Shown: positions 1-9,775, counted from the first letter of the stretch. The stretch is DNA of 64,000 nt from a virus (IMGVR_UViG_3300027608_000017), one strand, 5' to 3'. Translations and numbers: made by a program. Notes: generated by a model not told the origin, from the letters alone.

Positions 1-161
1 GCGCCCCTACCACAGGACTTTCGCGACGCCACCAAGCCCCCAAAGGGGAACCTGAATTGAATTTGCTCGCCGCTCGCCGTGGTAGGGCTACGCGACATTT
101 GTTTTTGCCATCCTATCAACCGACTCGGAAGAATCAAGAACTTCCTTGAATCTTCTGAAAG

Positions 162-437
162 CTAAGGGGCAGCGACCGGTTCCTTGGCGACACTCAACCG
201 CGCCGCCTGCTGCTCGGCCTCATCCGCCCAATCCATCAAGTGCCCGGCGAGCTTCCGCGCCACCTTCGGGCCAAGCGAGAACCTCAAGGTCTCACACCGC
301 TCGATCTGCGCGGTCCCGGCCCCCACAAACTCGACTTGCCGCTCGTAGACCGACAGCACCGCCTCGATCTCGGGGACGATCTCGCCCTCGACCAAGTTGT
401 GCCGGATGTTTCTTGCCGTCGAAAATAGCTCTTTCAT
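162..437 (-). CDS. hypothetical protein
   Basis: 91-aa ORF at window edge; no recognisable motif. Confidence 0.3.
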   Translation of the reverse strand: MKELFSTARNIRHNLVEGEIVPEIEAVLSVYERQVEFVGAGTAQIERCETLRFSLGPKVARKLAGHLMDWADEAEQQAARLSVAKEPVAAP

Positions 438-470
438 CGGAAGTTTTGCTCCGGACCTCTTGCGAGGCGT

Positions 471-725
471 TCAGGGATTGCAACACACGTCGTGGAAGGC
501 ATCTGCCGTTTCGGCCAAGCTGCTTTGACTAATAAGGTTCCCCGACTCCATCAGCATCTTAGACAGATAAGCCATGTCTATTGCTATACACTCATTAACA
601 TCACGAGACCCCTGGCCCGACTCCCAGTGCGAGCGTTTCTCTATCGAGACCTCTTCTCGATCACCAATGGTTCCGTCGGCGTCTGATTCGATCGTCACAC
701 TGATCTTCCATCGCTGCTTTGCCAT
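471..725 (-). CDS. hypothetical protein (84 aa from internal ATG MAKQRWK)
   Basis: ATG at 725 overlaps the stop of the upstream gene (ATGA coupling); longer ORF 471..908 is in a different frame from 725..1186 upstream. Confidence 0.35.
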   Translation of the reverse strand: MAKQRWKISVTIESDADGTIGDREEVSIEKRSHWESGQGSRDVNECIAIDMAYLSKMLMESGNLISQSSLAETADAFHDVCCNP

Positions 726-1153
726 CAACCTTGCCCCCCTGTCTCTTTCTTTGTTTCGAGGACGTAAGCCTTGCTCTCCTCGTCCCACACAATCCCCGGA
801 TACTGGAGTTCCTCCTGCAACGCCCGCCACAGCACCTTGGCGTGGTTCGAGCCTTTCGCGTTGAGCCTCTTCAGCAACTCCGTGATGTCGCTGACTCCGT
901 AATCCCACAACCTCGGCACGGTGACGACTCTCAGATGTCCGCTCCCGGCTTTTTTCAACGCAATGTTTAACATTTCAGAGAACTCATACTCCCCAGCCTT
1001 GCCGACGACGCACATATCGCGGCCGCTGTCCACGATGCCCGCTGCCTGCGGATTCAGATACTCAATTACGACTTCCCCGAACTCGTTGATCTTCCAAAGG
1101 AAGCATGTCACACCCGTCTTAGGGGCTTCAAAGATCGAGTCATAAAACGACAT
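725..1153 (-). CDS. hypothetical protein
   Basis: ATG at 1153 preceded by AAAAAGGTG RBS; the ORF-track start at 1186 is a TTG. Confidence 0.45.
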   Translation of the reverse strand: MSFYDSIFEAPKTGVTCFLWKINEFGEVVIEYLNPQAAGIVDSGRDMCVVGKAGEYEFSEMLNIALKKAGSGHLRVVTVPRLWDYGVSDITELLKRLNAKGSNHAKVLWRALQEELQYPGIVWDEESKAYVLETKKETGGQG

Positions 1154-1216
1154 CTGTATACACCTTTTTATAACGTGTGCCCGCAATTACTTTTATGCAC
1201 CGACAAACCTCACGCC

Positions 1217-1273
1217 CACTACTACGCCAATCCCCATTTCAGGTTCAAGCGAAATCGTCATCGCCGAAGAGAT
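1217..1273. repeat. about 55-bp repeated element, copy 1 of 2 (degenerate gene 3' end plus 3' UTR)
   Basis: TACTACGCCAATCCCCATT...GAAATCGTC.TCGCC.AA.AGATT recurs at 1647-1703; the minus strand would encode ...NLFGDDDF-stop but with no upstream start codon here. Confidence 0.8.
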
Positions 1274-1281
1274 TGCAACAA

Positions 1282-1620
1282 CTAGCGGGACCAGTCGTAC
1301 TCGCCACTATTTACCCAGCCCAGCTTTTCCATCGCCGCCGTGAACGACTCCAGACCCTCATCGACCCAGTCCATCGCACTCAGCTTGCAGACCACGGCCG
1401 ACATATGCTCGTGCCAAGAATACTCCATGATTGTGAAGTCCAGAAAATTGAAGTCTGCGACTCCTTCAACCGTGTCAATCGGGAACACGCTCGAACCAAC
1501 CGGCAACAGCACCGGCATCGCCACGAGTTTCACGAAGTCTTCGCACCATTGATGATCTGCGTTGTCTGAGCAGCGCATCATCAGCAGTACCGGTGCCGCG
1601 ATAACTGTTGGAAATCCCAT
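1282..1620 (-). CDS. hypothetical protein
   Basis: ATG at 1620 with AGGAG 9 nt upstream; the ORF-track upstream extension lacks an RBS. Confidence 0.45.
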   Translation of the reverse strand: MGFPTVIAAPVLLMMRCSDNADHQWCEDFVKLVAMPVLLPVGSSVFPIDTVEGVADFNFLDFTIMEYSWHEHMSAVVCKLSAMDWVDEGLESFTAAMEKLGWVNSGEYDWSR

Positions 1621-1646
1621 TGTCGTCTCCTTTAGTGTGCGAAAGG

Positions 1647-1703
1647 TTACTACGCCAATCCCCATTCAATGTTAATCAGAAATCGTCGTCGCCAAAAAGA
1701 TTC
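1647..1703. repeat. about 55-bp repeated element, copy 2 (3' end of gene 1676..2089 plus downstream UTR)
   Basis: about 80% identical to 1217-1273. Confidence 0.8.
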
Positions 1704-2089
1704 CCCGACATCGCCAGCCGCTTGGCCTTCAGGGTGATTTTCTTCTGCGGAGGAGTCGCGATCACCACTGGGGTTAGCGGCGGCAGGCCGACGGCGGCTC
1801 GCCCGGCGTCAGTCAGCGTGAAGGACAAGGTGCCGGATTTCGTGGTTGCCACGAAATCGCCCCGTTCGGCATCCGTTGGTTCCGGCATATCCGGCACCCA
1901 CACGAAGCCCATCCGATAGGCGTCATTCACCAGCGGGAGGATGCGCGCGTCGTGGTACGAGCCATAGAGATCATGGCAAATCGTGGCCACCGAGTTGCAG
2001 TCCTCGAAGCTGACAAGGAAGCGTCGCAAGGTTTCGTTTATTGAGTAGCCAGCCATGCCATCCTCGCTTTCGTAAGTTCGACCTGGCAC
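1676..2089 (-). CDS. hypothetical protein with SSB-like acidic C-terminal tail (...GNLFGDDDF)
   Basis: 137-aa ORF; C-terminus resembles the SSB DDDIPF tip; 5' end overlaps the methylase ORF, so the true start may be the internal Met. Confidence 0.45.
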   Translation of the reverse strand: MPGRTYESEDGMAGYSINETLRRFLVSFEDCNSVATICHDLYGSYHDARILPLVNDAYRMGFVWVPDMPEPTDAERGDFVATTKSGTLSFTLTDAGRAAVGLPPLTPVVIATPPQKKITLKAKRLAMSGNLFGDDDF

Positions 2090-2853
2090 TCGCGGTTGTC
2101 GATCCCGTGACCGACGCGCCCGAGAGACACCGCCGCGTCGATAGTTGTGCCAGATCCACTGAAGGGGTCTAGTACGATCCCGCCGGGGTTCGTGAGTGCC
2201 TCAATGAACGGCGAGATCAGCTTTTTCGGGTAAGGAGCCTCGTTGGAAGACGCGCCCGACCAGCCGAGATGCCCGCCGCCAACAGTGACTCGATGCACAT
2301 CGCGGGGTCGAGCCAGCTTGCCCGTCGGGTACTCGTTGCCAAGCCGTCGCTCCCCGGTCTCGGTGCGTTGCCGGAATCGCCCGCCGTTGGTGAACTTCGG
2401 CGGTGTCGCGATCGCTTCCCAGTTCCAGACGTGCGGCTTCTTCCTGTCCTTGAACGCGAGGACGTATTCCCAGTCGTTGCCGAACCAGTCCTTCCGATTC
2501 GGCGGCGCGTTCTTATGCCACACGACCGGGCGTTCCACCAGCAGGCCGCGATCGTCGCATTCGATCATCAGCCGCTCGCAGGCCGCGTTATACTGCCCGG
2601 CCTTGACGGAGCCGTTCACCACGAAGATCGCGTAGCCCCGGCTGAGGCGCGTCGAGGCCACGACGACATCGGCCATCCACGAGGCCCACTCCTTCGGAGA
2701 GAGGGGCTTGTTCTTCCCGCCGATATAGCGCCGCATCTTTCCGCAGTACGGGGGCGAGCCAATGACGAGATCGACACTCTCGGGCGACATCGCGCGCATC
2801 ACCTCAAGGCAATCACCGACTTGGACCGACCAGGCTGCTTGTTCGTCACTCAA
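2038..2853 (-). CDS. DNA methyltransferase, beta-class N6-adenine/N4-cytosine
   Basis: Motif IV VIGSPPY near the N-terminus and motif I DPFSGSGTT near the C-terminus. Confidence 0.8.
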   Translation of the reverse strand: MSDEQAAWSVQVGDCLEVMRAMSPESVDLVIGSPPYCGKMRRYIGGKNKPLSPKEWASWMADVVVASTRLSRGYAIFVVNGSVKAGQYNAACERLMIECDDRGLLVERPVVWHKNAPPNRKDWFGNDWEYVLAFKDRKKPHVWNWEAIATPPKFTNGGRFRQRTETGERRLGNEYPTGKLARPRDVHRVTVGGGHLGWSGASSNEAPYPKKLISPFIEALTNPGGIVLDPFSGSGTTIDAAVSLGRVGHGIDNRECQVELTKARMAWLATQ

Positions 2854-2877
2854 TTGGAAATCCTTTTCATCGCTGTT

Positions 2878-3660
2878 TTAGAGCAGCATCGTGGCCGCTG
2901 TGATGATCTCACCCATCAGGGTGTAGCACTTCCGGCCGTTCCCGCTCGGCCACTCTTCCCGATAGAGCCGTTCTATCGCGTCCCAGTTCTCGTAAATTGC
3001 GTTCCAGACGCGACCATGTTTGACATCAGACAGACGCGGCAGCTTGACCCGCAGCTCCGGCACGGCATCGAGTAGCCTCGCGCACCGCCCGAAATCGGCG
3101 GGATCGTGCGGATGATTGTTTTCTATGAAGAGGCCGCGATCCGACAACACAGACGCGAGATACTTACTACTCAGTCCGGTGTCATCTGAGATGAACCATG
3201 CGTCCAGTCCCATGTCCGCGCGAGCCAGCCGCTCCGGCGTTCGCAGCACGCGGACAATCTCATCCGCAGCCGCGATGGTGGCGTTCAGGTGACGTGGGCA
3301 GAGCGAGAGCGTCTTCCCGTGCTTGGCGGCGAGGTGATTCCAGATCGCTGCCAGCAGGCCAATCTGGCCGACGAAGATCGAACCGTCAGCGTTGGGCGGG
3401 TCGATCTCCGGATCCGCATCATCGTCGAGGTCGCTCGCTTCCTCAGAGTCGTCGCGGTTCCGCAGCGCATCGGCCCTCAATTTGCCGATCTCGTCCAGCA
3501 GCTCGCCGTTTTGCTTGGACAGTTCGTCGCGATCCGCCGTCACGGATTCCAGCCAGTCCAAGACTTGGGTGATCTCTCCCATCCTCACAGCAGGCCAGCC
3601 ATCCGGCTCGTGATCGTCTTCGAGCAGCCGCAGTTTCGCGATTGTGTCATCAATCAGCAT
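2878..3660 (-). CDS. hypothetical protein with acidic coiled-coil
   Basis: 260-aa ORF, tightly packed between the methylase and exonuclease. Confidence 0.5.
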   Translation of the reverse strand: MLIDDTIAKLRLLEDDHEPDGWPAVRMGEITQVLDWLESVTADRDELSKQNGELLDEIGKLRADALRNRDDSEEASDLDDDADPEIDPPNADGSIFVGQIGLLAAIWNHLAAKHGKTLSLCPRHLNATIAAADEIVRVLRTPERLARADMGLDAWFISDDTGLSSKYLASVLSDRGLFIENNHPHDPADFGRCARLLDAVPELRVKLPRLSDVKHGRVWNAIYENWDAIERLYREEWPSGNGRKCYTLMGEIITAATMLL

Positions 3661-3661
3661 T

Positions 3662-4393
3662 TCAGTTCCCCGAGTAGTGTTCGACCGTAAACCGCAAGTC
3701 GTCGTCCATGTCCGTCATGCCACCCGGTGAGAGCATCCACGCCAGATAGGAGCGTGGGACATCCTGCCAGAGCATCCCTTTGTGCTTGCCGAACTTGCAT
3801 CGCGACAGCAGGATCGGTTCGGCGACCCACTGCATCAGATACTCGACCGTGCGTTGCTCGTCGGTCGTCGCACGGGCCAGCACTTCCGTCAGTTCACGCA
3901 GCAGCAGGCACGCCGTCACGACCGCATCGGGGAAGGCCCGGTGCATCGGTAACAGCTTGATCTCGGCGGGGATATCGAGCTTCAGGTGATACCGCAGGAA
4001 CTGGTTTCCATACGATTCCAAGTCCGGCCACAGCTTCTGAGCCAGCCGCATCGTGCAGAGAAACGGCCGCTTGATTTCGGGCAGGAACGCCGAGTCGAAC
4101 CGTGCGTTGTGGGCCACAGGGAGCAACGACGAACGAAGCAGGTCGAGTTGAAACACGGCGAGTTCCAGTGTCGGCTCGCCAATCACGTCATGATCCACCA
4201 GATGGTGGATGGCCGACGCCGCAGCCGGAATCGGAACCAGAGGGTCAACAAGACTCCCTCTAGTCCCCAAGACGAGTACACCCTCCGTGAGCGAGCAAGG
4301 GACGGCGGCGATCTCAACCACCCGGTGGATTGCCGGGTCCAGACCTGTCGTCTCGATGTCAATCACATCGAACTCTGTATCTATAATGTTCAC
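3662..4393 (-). CDS. DnaQ-like 3'-5' exonuclease (DEDDh; DNA Pol III epsilon-like)
   Basis: Exo I DIETTGLDP, Exo II HNARFDSAFL, Exo III YH motif. Confidence 0.8.
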   Translation of the reverse strand: MNIIDTEFDVIDIETTGLDPAIHRVVEIAAVPCSLTEGVLVLGTRGSLVDPLVPIPAAASAIHHLVDHDVIGEPTLELAVFQLDLLRSSLLPVAHNARFDSAFLPEIKRPFLCTMRLAQKLWPDLESYGNQFLRYHLKLDIPAEIKLLPMHRAFPDAVVTACLLLRELTEVLARATTDEQRTVEYLMQWVAEPILLSRCKFGKHKGMLWQDVPRSYLAWMLSPGGMTDMDDDLRFTVEHYSGN

Positions 4394-4710
4394 TTGTTTT
4401 TCCTCGCTTGGAGCATCGCATCCGCGTAAATGTAACGAGCCTTCGCTTCCGCCATTTTATAATGCACGGCAGGGAGATAGTCGTCTTCCTTGATCCCAAG
4501 GAACCGGGCAACATCACCAATGGACGTTCCCGAGATGGAATCCACCACCCCAATCCGCGCGTTCACCGCAAAGTGATCCCGCAGCGTGAGGCCCGTCGAG
4601 TTCGTGTGGAAGACTTCATCCGTAACAGTCATTGAATACTCAAGCATCGGATAAACCGGCCCCCCGTCGTCGATATAGTCGGCGTCAATCGGATGTTCGC
4701 TGTCGGACAT
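4390..4710 (-). CDS. hypothetical protein
   Basis: 106-aa ORF, ATGA-coupled to the exonuclease. Confidence 0.45.
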   Translation of the reverse strand: MSDSEHPIDADYIDDGGPVYPMLEYSMTVTDEVFHTNSTGLTLRDHFAVNARIGVVDSISGTSIGDVARFLGIKEDDYLPAVHYKMAEAKARYIYADAMLQARKNK

Positions 4711-4807
4711 ATATCCCTGCTTTCTAAAGAAAAAACCGTCGCCGCCTGCCCCGCAGAGTGCTGCGCCACGGGGCTGGATGCGCTCCAGCGACGACGGCCT
4801 TGGAGAT

Positions 4808-5110
4808 TCACTTCACGAACTGTTTGACCGCGTTGTGCTGATTGAGCAGGTCCATTGCGACCCGCGCTTCGACGGAACCCGCCTTCGTGGCCAAGTACCG
4901 GTCAAGCAGCCGCAAGGAGAACTCGCACAGGTGGTGCGACTGCCCGCTCTCGGGGGAATCCGCCTTGGGGCGGCGATCCACCTTCGTGCGTTGCCGCGTG
5001 GTGCCGATAATGTTGTTGCGTCCAACATGAGCGGACTTCTTGCTGCCTAAGTTTGGTATCACGATCGTCACTTCGCGGACTCCTTCGGGTAATGGTAAGC
5101 CGCTGGCCAA
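4808..5110 (-). CDS. hypothetical protein
   Basis: 100-aa ORF; start uncertain. Confidence 0.3.
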   Translation of the reverse strand: MASGLPLPEGVREVTIVIPNLGSKKSAHVGRNNIIGTTRQRTKVDRRPKADSPESGQSHHLCEFSLRLLDRYLATKAGSVEARVAMDLLNQHNAVKQFVK

Positions 5111-5322
5111 GGTCCGCCTCGACCGCGCGTATGACTCTTGATGATCGCCACGGGAGCGAGTAGCCCCACTCCCGACGCGGTGGTAAACAGCACTGTGCTA
5201 GGGTCCGCCTGCGAGACCCCGTAGAACTCGATCACGTCGTCCACGGCGAACGCGAATCGCCCGATGGAGAACTCGGCGGTGACGACGCGCTCATACTCAC
5301 GCATCGCTGGACTCGACTTCAC
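5068..5322 (-). CDS. hypothetical protein
   Basis: 84-aa ORF; start uncertain. Confidence 0.3.
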   Translation of the reverse strand: MKSSPAMREYERVVTAEFSIGRFAFAVDDVIEFYGVSQADPSTVLFTTASGVGLLAPVAIIKSHTRGRGGPWPAAYHYPKESAK

Positions 5323-5568
5323 TGGTCGGGTTCGGTTGATACGCCCACTGGCGGTTCAACTGACCAAACAGGGCGCCTCGGTCCTTCTCGGCGGCGTCCA
5401 ATTTCTCGCCAAGCCGCAGCAACGTGGCCTCGAAAGTAACGCGATCGGCTGTGTAAACCCGAGTTGAGTTTTGAAAACTGCGATCTCTCGACGCGAGTGC
5501 CCATCGGCACCACACCGCATCCATGCAGGACACGAGACCCACCAGTAATAGGACCACTCCGGTATCCG

Positions 5569-5790
5569 TCATTTCGCACCCACTTCCGTGGTTTGAGTTT
5601 CCAGTGGCCGCGCGCGCGGAACGAACGTAAGTTCACCGCGATAGATCGCGACTTCCGGGCCGAAGTCGAAGCCGAGCCGCACGCGGTTGCCTCGGATCTC
5701 TTGGAATGAGACCGTGCCGATGTATTCCCCGGTGACGACGTTTGTCAGCCGGACTTCATTGTTTTTGAGATCGCGAGTTAGCACCAACAT
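5569..5790 (-). CDS. csrA: carbon storage regulator CsrA/RsmA homolog
   Basis: MLVLTR...GNRVRLGFDFGPEVAIYRGEL matches the CsrA signature and length; internal ATG of ORF 5569..5904. Confidence 0.7.
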   Translation of the reverse strand: MLVLTRDLKNNEVRLTNVVTGEYIGTVSFQEIRGNRVRLGFDFGPEVAIYRGELTFVPRARPLETQTTEVGAK

Positions 5791-5830
5791 GGTTTTCGAT
5801 TCCGTTCGTTTGTGAGTGAGTGAGTGAGTT

Positions 5831-6937
5831 TCAAATCGACGATTCGTCTTCGGTGTCACCCAGTGGCTGGCCGCTGTGGCGACAGCACGGGCGAAAATCC
5901 TCATTGAGCGCCACGTCGCCGATCTCGATCAGCCGTCGAATCGCATCGACGGCGGCACTGCGGCTGATGACCCAGTGATTCGGCAGGTCGAGCAATGACA
6001 GCTCGAGTGCCAGCGGCGATTGCGATTCGGTTTCCGGCTCGGATTGTGCCACTGAGCCAGCAATGTCATCGGGCAGACTGAACGCGGCGTAGACCGTATC
6101 GACGCAGGCCGCGATGTCCTGTCGAGCCAGCTTGTCAGCACCGATCGCCCCGAGTCTCGCCACCTCAGATGCCGCTTCGCGACTCAGGCGATCCTGTTCC
6201 GCGCGCTGTGCGGCAGCGGCAGCTTCCAGCCGGGCGCGTTCGGCGTCGTTCGCTTCTCGCTCGCGGTCGATTCGGCGTTGTTCCGCCCGCTGAGCCGCCG
6301 CCGCGTCGTCCTGCTTCTTGCGTTCAGCGGCGAGTAACTCTTCCTGTTCGCGTCGGAGGCGGGCCAGTTCTGCGCGTTCGAGCCGCAGGGCTTCCGCCTC
6401 GTCGGCCAGCCGCTTCTTCTCGATGGCTTCGGCGGCTTCGCGTTCAATCCGGTTCAGCGTCTCGATCTTGACGCGGGCCAGTTCAGCGAGGAACTCGTCC
6501 TCCTTCATCAGCCGCAAGAACTTCTCGGACACCGCACCGCCCGCCTCCACGATCATGGCGTGACGGGCCGCAAACACCGCGTCCTCTTTTTCCTTGGCGA
6601 GCCGCGCGATCTCGCGCTCGACAAGCTCCTCCTGATTCGTCAGGTGCAGCTCGATCGGCTCGATCAGCGACGTGAGCCGCTTGGCTTCCGCGTCCACCTT
6701 CTGGCCGTAGCGGAGCGACTCCTCCTTCGCTTCCTTGCGCGTTTTTTCGATGGCAACGCGAGCGCCACGACAGAGCAGCCGCGCCGCCTTGACAACCTTC
6801 AGGCCTTCCTTGTCTTCGATCCCCGCCACCGTGAGCGGCAGGTATTTCGCCGACATCTCCGAGATCGTCTCCTTCGTCACCGAATAGAGAATCATGGACT
6901 GCGTGGCGGGTTCCTTGGCAATGGTCTTCGTGGTCAC
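5831..6937 (-). CDS. coiled-coil protein (Ala/Glu/Arg-rich), unknown function
   Basis: 368-aa ORF with a long AERAELARLRREQEEL-type heptad region between csrA and recT. Confidence 0.55.
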   Translation of the reverse strand: MTTKTIAKEPATQSMILYSVTKETISEMSAKYLPLTVAGIEDKEGLKVVKAARLLCRGARVAIEKTRKEAKEESLRYGQKVDAEAKRLTSLIEPIELHLTNQEELVEREIARLAKEKEDAVFAARHAMIVEAGGAVSEKFLRLMKEDEFLAELARVKIETLNRIEREAAEAIEKKRLADEAEALRLERAELARLRREQEELLAAERKKQDDAAAAQRAEQRRIDREREANDAERARLEAAAAAQRAEQDRLSREAASEVARLGAIGADKLARQDIAACVDTVYAAFSLPDDIAGSVAQSEPETESQSPLALELSLLDLPNHWVISRSAAVDAIRRLIEIGDVALNEDFRPCCRHSGQPLGDTEDESSI

Positions 6938-6976
6938 GTTGCGTCCTTACAGTTGGTGAAAAAAACAGTTTAGAAC

Positions 6977-8029
6977 TTACTTCTGGGCTGAATTGCCGAG
7001 ATCGCCGATCCGGGCGTCGAACGCGGCCATCGCCACCGACAGCTCGTTCTTCGTCGTGCCTTTGGATCCCCGCAGCTTGGCGAGCATCACGTCGGCTTCC
7101 TGTACTGACCGAGCGTCTTGGAGGTCGTACAGAAACTCGGAAAACGCGCCGGATTTCTCGGATTTATTGAGGGGCTGGTCGCCGTCGGATTCGCTCTCGC
7201 CGCGCTCGTCACTTTGGGGTTCGAGGTCCGCCACGGCTGAGGTCGTCTGGTGCGAGGCGCCTTCCGTGGCCACCGTAAAAGACGGCGATGGCTGCGATTC
7301 CTGTGTGATGCGGGCCGTCTTCTGTGCCGCCAGTCGCTCGGCGAGTGCGTCCTGCTTGGGCTTGGCCTCGGCGGCTTGGCTCGACTCGTGCTGATCGCGC
7401 AGGCGGTCCATCTCCTCCTTGCAGTACATCGCGGCCAGCGTGCTAGGGAACGCCTTGCGGAGTGCCGACGATTCCGCACATTTCACGATCATTCCCGCTG
7501 GGTCCGTCGCCCATCGGCTGCGGCCCGTGTTGAACGTGGATAGATTCAGTGAATCGTAGGACGCAATATTCCGGTCTCGGCGGTGAACTCGCGCCCACGC
7601 TCCAACCAGAACCTCGCCATTCAAAAGCAGATCACCCTGCCGCTCCGTGATGGCGTCTCCGCGAGCGACGACGACACCGGATTCCATGCCGTCAAATTCC
7701 GGGCTGGCCTCTGCTCGTTTGAGCATGGCCGAGTGAGCGGTGATGAGACTGAACTGTGGCCCATCCTTCCCGTCGTACCCGCATAAAAAACAGTCATTTG
7801 TCCACGGATTCAGGCTCTGCGCCTTCGAGAGCATAATGAACTTCATGACCTGCTCATCGGTCGGCAACTTCCCCGACTTCGTGGGGATGCACAAAAACTG
7901 CTTCACTCGCGAGAGCGTCAGGTGAATCTCCTCCTGCTCGCCAAGGGGGATGAAGCTGATGGTCTGCTCTTTCGGCCTGCTTGCGACAACAGACGTGTGC
8001 TGTGATGCGGTGGTAGTAGTCGTCGTCAT
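6977..8029 (-). CDS. recT: RecT-family single-strand annealing protein
   Basis: Resembles RecT/Bet; overlaps the downstream YqaJ gene by 4 nt, the classic RecT-exonuclease pair. Confidence 0.65.
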   Translation of the reverse strand: MTTTTTTASQHTSVVASRPKEQTISFIPLGEQEEIHLTLSRVKQFLCIPTKSGKLPTDEQVMKFIMLSKAQSLNPWTNDCFLCGYDGKDGPQFSLITAHSAMLKRAEASPEFDGMESGVVVARGDAITERQGDLLLNGEVLVGAWARVHRRDRNIASYDSLNLSTFNTGRSRWATDPAGMIVKCAESSALRKAFPSTLAAMYCKEEMDRLRDQHESSQAAEAKPKQDALAERLAAQKTARITQESQPSPSFTVATEGASHQTTSAVADLEPQSDERGESESDGDQPLNKSEKSGAFSEFLYDLQDARSVQEADVMLAKLRGSKGTTKNELSVAMAAFDARIGDLGNSAQK

Positions 8030-8943
8030 AGTGCGGCCCCTGTCAGAAGTTTGTTGCCCGACTCAATCGCGGGCGTACTCGTCCCGCTCAGTTTTTGTTC
8101 TTTCAGCTTCGAGTGCCGCAGCACGCGGAACGTCGATTCCTCGACCGTGTAAGACTTCCGCGTCTGCTGCCGGTATGAAAAAGTTCCGCCCGGCCATGAC
8201 GCGCCATCCGCATCCCCGAGAGACGCGAGCAACGCGGCCTGTGCCGTCTCCTTCAACTTGCTGGCCTTGGACGCCATGTCCGCAGCGGCGAGGTATTCCA
8301 TCGCCAATTCTTCAGGGACCGGGACGATCTTCCCCTCGGTGCGACACATCCGCTTCACGGTGTCGAGATGCGGGATCTCGCTCGGCGGACAGCGTGTCAG
8401 GACGTGATCTCGCCAGAACCGTTCAGACTCTTCTAAAATCATGTTCTGCAAGGAATCGTGTCGCTCGACCACATACATCAGGAATCCGCGACCGCCGATC
8501 AGCGCGGGCACCCAGGTCTTGGACTCGCCCGTGACGAGCATCTGGGAGTTGACCTGAAGAATGATCGCATCAGGCAGCGCGTCGCCGCCATCTCCCCATG
8601 CGTCGAAGTCAGCAGGCCCGACGATCCCGTGGGACTTGGCTTCCACTGGCTCGCCCGTTGGCAGCCGCCCGTCCAGAGTGCAGGCGTTGATCCCGTTTGA
8701 GTGAATCAGGAACTGAGCCGGAAGGATTTCCCCGAGTTGCTGCGATGCCCACTGGAGGATCACCGGCTCCAGCAGGTTCCCCGCTTCGGTCGCATCGTTG
8801 CCATCCCAGCGAGTGAGCGGCTCCGTCTTGTCGAGGTACACGTCCCGCGCGTTGCGGTACGGGCTGGCACCCAGAATGGCCGCCACATCCGTCGCCGTCA
8901 CGTACCCCTTGCGGCGTTCGAGTTCCATCGGAGAGAGAGACAT
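8026..8943 (-). CDS. YqaJ-like viral recombinase exonuclease (PD-(D/E)XK)
   Basis: N-terminal YVTATDVAAILGASPYRNARDVYLDK is the YqaJ domain signature. Confidence 0.7.
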   Translation of the reverse strand: MSLSPMELERRKGYVTATDVAAILGASPYRNARDVYLDKTEPLTRWDGNDATEAGNLLEPVILQWASQQLGEILPAQFLIHSNGINACTLDGRLPTGEPVEAKSHGIVGPADFDAWGDGGDALPDAIILQVNSQMLVTGESKTWVPALIGGRGFLMYVVERHDSLQNMILEESERFWRDHVLTRCPPSEIPHLDTVKRMCRTEGKIVPVPEELAMEYLAAADMASKASKLKETAQAALLASLGDADGASWPGGTFSYRQQTRKSYTVEESTFRVLRHSKLKEQKLSGTSTPAIESGNKLLTGAAL

Positions 8944-9033
8944 GATTCACCTCACAGCTTGATGTCAAAAAACCAGCACACCACGCCCGCCACCACCGCG
9001 ATGGACGGGCCGATCAGTTGCTCGCAGCCGAAC

Positions 9034-9222
9034 TCAAGGCACATCGCAATCCGCCTTCCTGAAGAACTCGCGCACCAGCCCGGCAAACGCCAGTGAGTAC
9101 GCGATCACCACACACGCCACCACGAACATCTCATCCATTGAGAACGGCATCAGTCGGATCCTTCCCCGTTGCGAGATGTGAAGGGCCGAGCCGGTTTCGG
9201 CTTCCCGTCGCAGTCGCAGCAT
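9034..9222 (-). CDS. small putative membrane protein
   Basis: Hydrophobic helix VVACVVIAYSLAFAGLV; weak. Confidence 0.25.
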   Translation of the reverse strand: MLRLRREAETGSALHISQRGRIRLMPFSMDEMFVVACVVIAYSLAFAGLVREFFRKADCDVP

Positions 9223-9239
9223 TGTTTTGAAAGTTCTGT

Positions 9240-9412
9240 ATTCCTCATGTGTGCTACTACGTGGAAATCGCTTGTCAGGCTCCTTTTATTTTGCCGAAAT
9301 CCAGATTTCTTCGCGCAGTTGACTTGTCGTGTGATGATGCAACAATTACGCAACGCTTCTGGAACACCGGAGGCGATTCCTAGAAAAACCGCAACAGAAG
9401 AAGGGGCGGAAC
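9240..9412. promoter_or_regulatory. divergent intergenic control region
   Basis: AT-richer 170-bp gap between minus- and plus-strand units; contains TTGACT...N17...ACAATT. Confidence 0.3.
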
Positions 9413-9772
9413 ATGGCTGTCGAGATGTGGACTGTGCAAGAGTTGGAGTTACTCGTCGAGGATGGAATCTCGGCCTTCAAACGCATCGGGGATGTGTGCA
9501 ACAAGATGCGACGAGCAGAGGTGAACGAGATCGCGCTCCAGGCCCGAACGGCCATGACGATCTACCGGCAGACACTGGTCAGACTCTCAGGGACCATCGA
9601 GTCCGAGTTCCAAGACCAGTTGAACTGCAAGCGCACCGGCATGACTCCGGCTTGGCAGATGAACCAGCGCAAGGTCGAGGCGGCCCGCAATCGCAAGGCC
9701 GCCGCCGCCAAAGACAAAGAGGAGCGGCGGAAGGACATCAAGCCACGCGAAGAAGAAGACGAGCGCAAGTGA
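9413..9772 (+). CDS. hypothetical protein, Lys/Glu-rich C-terminus
   Basis: 119-aa ORF after the divergent region. Confidence 0.45.
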   Translation: MAVEMWTVQELELLVEDGISAFKRIGDVCNKMRRAEVNEIALQARTAMTIYRQTLVRLSGTIESEFQDQLNCKRTGMTPAWQMNQRKVEAARNRKAAAAKDKEERRKDIKPREEEDERK

Positions 9773-9775
9773 GCC

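Noticed and set aside
3198-3690. Arg-rich plus-strand ORFs antisense to gene 2878..3660
   Set aside because: Composition artifact (Arg/Ser/Pro-rich) opposite a well-packed minus-strand gene.
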